Notes under the pieces: generated by a model
Database searches by the model: none
Told to the model about the DNA's origin: nothing
Seen by the model: only the letters and a program-made list of their open reading frames with translations
DNA from: Chiloscyllium plagiosum
Taxonomy: Eukaryota
Length of the DNA stretch: 47,869 nucleotides
Direction of reading: 5' to 3'
Assembly: GCF_004010195.1 (NCBI RefSeq)
Contig: NC_057752.1
Location: 13,181,969 to 13,229,837 of the forward strand
Position numbers and translations under genes: made by a program
Shown here: one piece after another, positions 45,746-47,869 of the stretch
How the letters are laid out: every line of letters starts with the position of its first letter
Numbering within the stretch: the stretch's first letter is position 1

Positions 45746-47444
45746 AAATCCGAATCCTATCATTGGAGGTTCAAATCCTACAACAGCAGCAAATCTAAAT
45801 TTATAGTTAATAAAACTTGGAAATGAAAACTAGTCTCGGTCTCAGCAAACGATCAATTGTTGCAGAAGCCCATCTGGTTCACTAAATGCCTTTTGGGAAG
45901 GATACCTGACATTTTTAATGTGGTCAAGCCTACACATAACCTCAGACCCATAGTAACATGATTGACTTTTAACTACCCTCTGAAACGGGCTAGCAAGCCA
46001 CTCAGTTTAAGGACAATCAACAAACACCAGCCTTGTCAGTGATAGTTATAATTTCCTCCCCTCTACTCTTGCAGGGAGCTATGCAACCCCAATTCCCCCA
46101 TTCACAGGGTCTTTAACAGCAAAACCAAGTTGCTACAAATTGCCATCAATGTAACTACGGACTCTGATCCCACAAGGAAAAAAAAAATGGCTTCCACTGG
46201 TAGCTCAGTTCGCAATTAGCGGGCACAGATTAAAGATGAAACTTTTTTTAAAATAAATAAAGCATGTTGGGTTATAATTGGAAATTATATGGGTGAAAAT
46301 TAGGCAAATATGCATAACTTTCCAAAGAGAGTGGCATACACATAAAAAGGTGTATTTTGAAGGACTGTGGGGAAAAAAGCTGACCAACGGACAGCTTTGA
46401 GACAGCTGGTAAATACATGATGCACTTAGTACTGTACTATAGGAATCTATGATTACATAAACACTATTTTTGTAGCTCCAGTATATTTTAGATAGTGAGG
46501 AGCAGAAATAAAGTCATTAAATTCATTTTCCTTTCATAAATATCTTTCCCTGGAATGAAGCCAACATTAATGGATCAACATTAGCAGGATGTCAGGATCA
46601 TTCCATCTATTTAGGACAAAAATAGAGGCATTGCTTGAGGCCTTTTACAAGGAGTTACTCTGCAGGAACAAGAGCAACCACAAAACTAACCTAGTCATTT
46701 TACCACAAACATTAAAATGCAATAATTTTAAAAAGGGACATCAGTTGTTAAAGCATTTGGCAATATTAAATGACATAATTAACTACTAATTGCATCTGTA
46801 TGCTTCTAAATCATAGATACCAAGAAGAAACACTATCATACACACTGCTGAGTCCAGCATTTTGAACCAGAGAGCTTTTCAGGCAAAGTTGATTGGTAAC
46901 CACATTGTGCGTAAAATAACAGCATCATTGAACAACTCAAAAACGAGAGACAGACAAGGCTGGGGGGTGGAATCATGCCTTGAACACAGAAATTACTTTG
47001 TTGAAAAGAAACAAAAACGTTCATGATTAGCTCAGTATAATAGAATACAGTTGTAGTGGAGATAGAAGGGATGAATTATACATGCATGGTATAAAGGAAC
47101 ATAGGAGTTATTGGGCTTGTAGTCCAGAGATGTGGATTTACAATCAAGGGACAGGAATTCCAACCCTGCCCTGCCAGTTGGGACATTTAAATCAATTCAA
47201 AATTTACTAACGGAATTCAAAAGAGAAAAACTAGTTGCAGTACTCTCAACCAAACTGCAGAATGATTGTTAAAAATGCATCTGGTTCACAAATGTTCTGT
47301 CGCCAAGCTAGCCAACTGAGCTAAGATTATCTCAGTAATTGCTATTAAAGATATAGGCATACAAACAAGAAGAAAACTGATTAGATACAGATTGGACATC
47401 AGGCAATTAGTGGTTGAAATTTTGGAAATTTCAAGACTGCTTCT

Positions 47445-47675
47445 TAGAATCTCTAATGTGGAAGCAGGCCATTCAGCCCAGAGTCCACACCAACTCTCCA
47501 AAGAGCATCTCATCCAAACACACCACCCGACCCAATCTCAGTAAACCCTGGATTTCCCAAGGCCAATCCACCCTAACCTGCACACCCCTGGGCACTATGG
47601 GACAATTTCCCATGGCCAATCCACCTAACCTGCACACCCCCTGGGCACAATGGGACAATTTAGCATGGCCAATCT
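47445..47675 (-). mobile_element. V-SINE 3' part with internal ~50-bp tandem duplication
   Basis: ggccaatccacc(c)taacctgcacacccctgggcac.atgggacaattt occurs twice (~47561-47612 and ~47614-47672). Confidence 0.8.
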
Positions 47676-47869
47676 AGGCAACATCAAAGGAGCAGGAGAA
47701 TCAACGTTTCGGGCATAAGCCCTTCTTCAGGAATGAGGAGGGTGTGCCAAGCAGACTAAGATAAAAGATAGGGAGGAGGGACTTGGGGGAGGGGCGTTGG
47801 GAATGAGATAGGTGGAAGGAGGTTAAGGTGAGGGTGATAGGCTGGAGAGGGGTTGGGGGCGGAGAGGTC
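47676..47869 (-). mobile_element. PLE 3' end running off the window, with intact hammerhead core at 47703-47730
   Basis: Reverse complement: cattc CTGAAGA a GGGC ttat GCCC GAAAC GTT gattctcctgctcc, preceded by a C-rich UTR matching 27600-27670. Confidence 0.88.

Noticed and set aside
10159..47730. Recurring ~30-bp hairpin motif as a CRISPR-like repeat
   Set aside because: Copies are dispersed over kilobases in both orientations, embedded in retroelement tails in vertebrate DNA, with no regular spacers or cas genes.
31881..47869. GORASP coding exon 1 (MG...GYHVL)
   Set aside because: No matching minus-strand sequence or CpG-island-like region found by eye. It probably lies beyond the window end, or less likely in a gap.

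Overview
Vertebrate genomic DNA, very probably a cartilaginous fish (inferred from HE1-type V-SINEs, Deu-domain SINEs, abundant CR1 LINEs and Penelope-like elements), with three N-gaps. The only host gene I can support is a minus-strand GRASP-family Golgi stacking gene (GORASP2-like). Coding exons 2-7 are readable with canonical GT/AG sites; exon 1 was not found and the 3' end is uncertain. It diverges from both GORASP1 and GORASP2 and may be a third paralogue. Most of the rest is retroelement debris. The most striking non-gene structure is a set of Penelope-like element (PLE) ends carrying minimal hammerhead-ribozyme motifs (CTGA-N-GA, GGGC-loop-GCCC, GAAAC-GT-H). They recur about 10 times, often as short inserts with 13-15 bp target-site duplications (TSDs) and as fold-back hairpins, one with perfect 90 bp arms. 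Also seen: two ~150 bp local inverted duplications, a candidate 29-nt poison microexon in intron 1, and an in-frame alternative donor in exon 6. No database searches were run; family names come from recognising sequence motifs.
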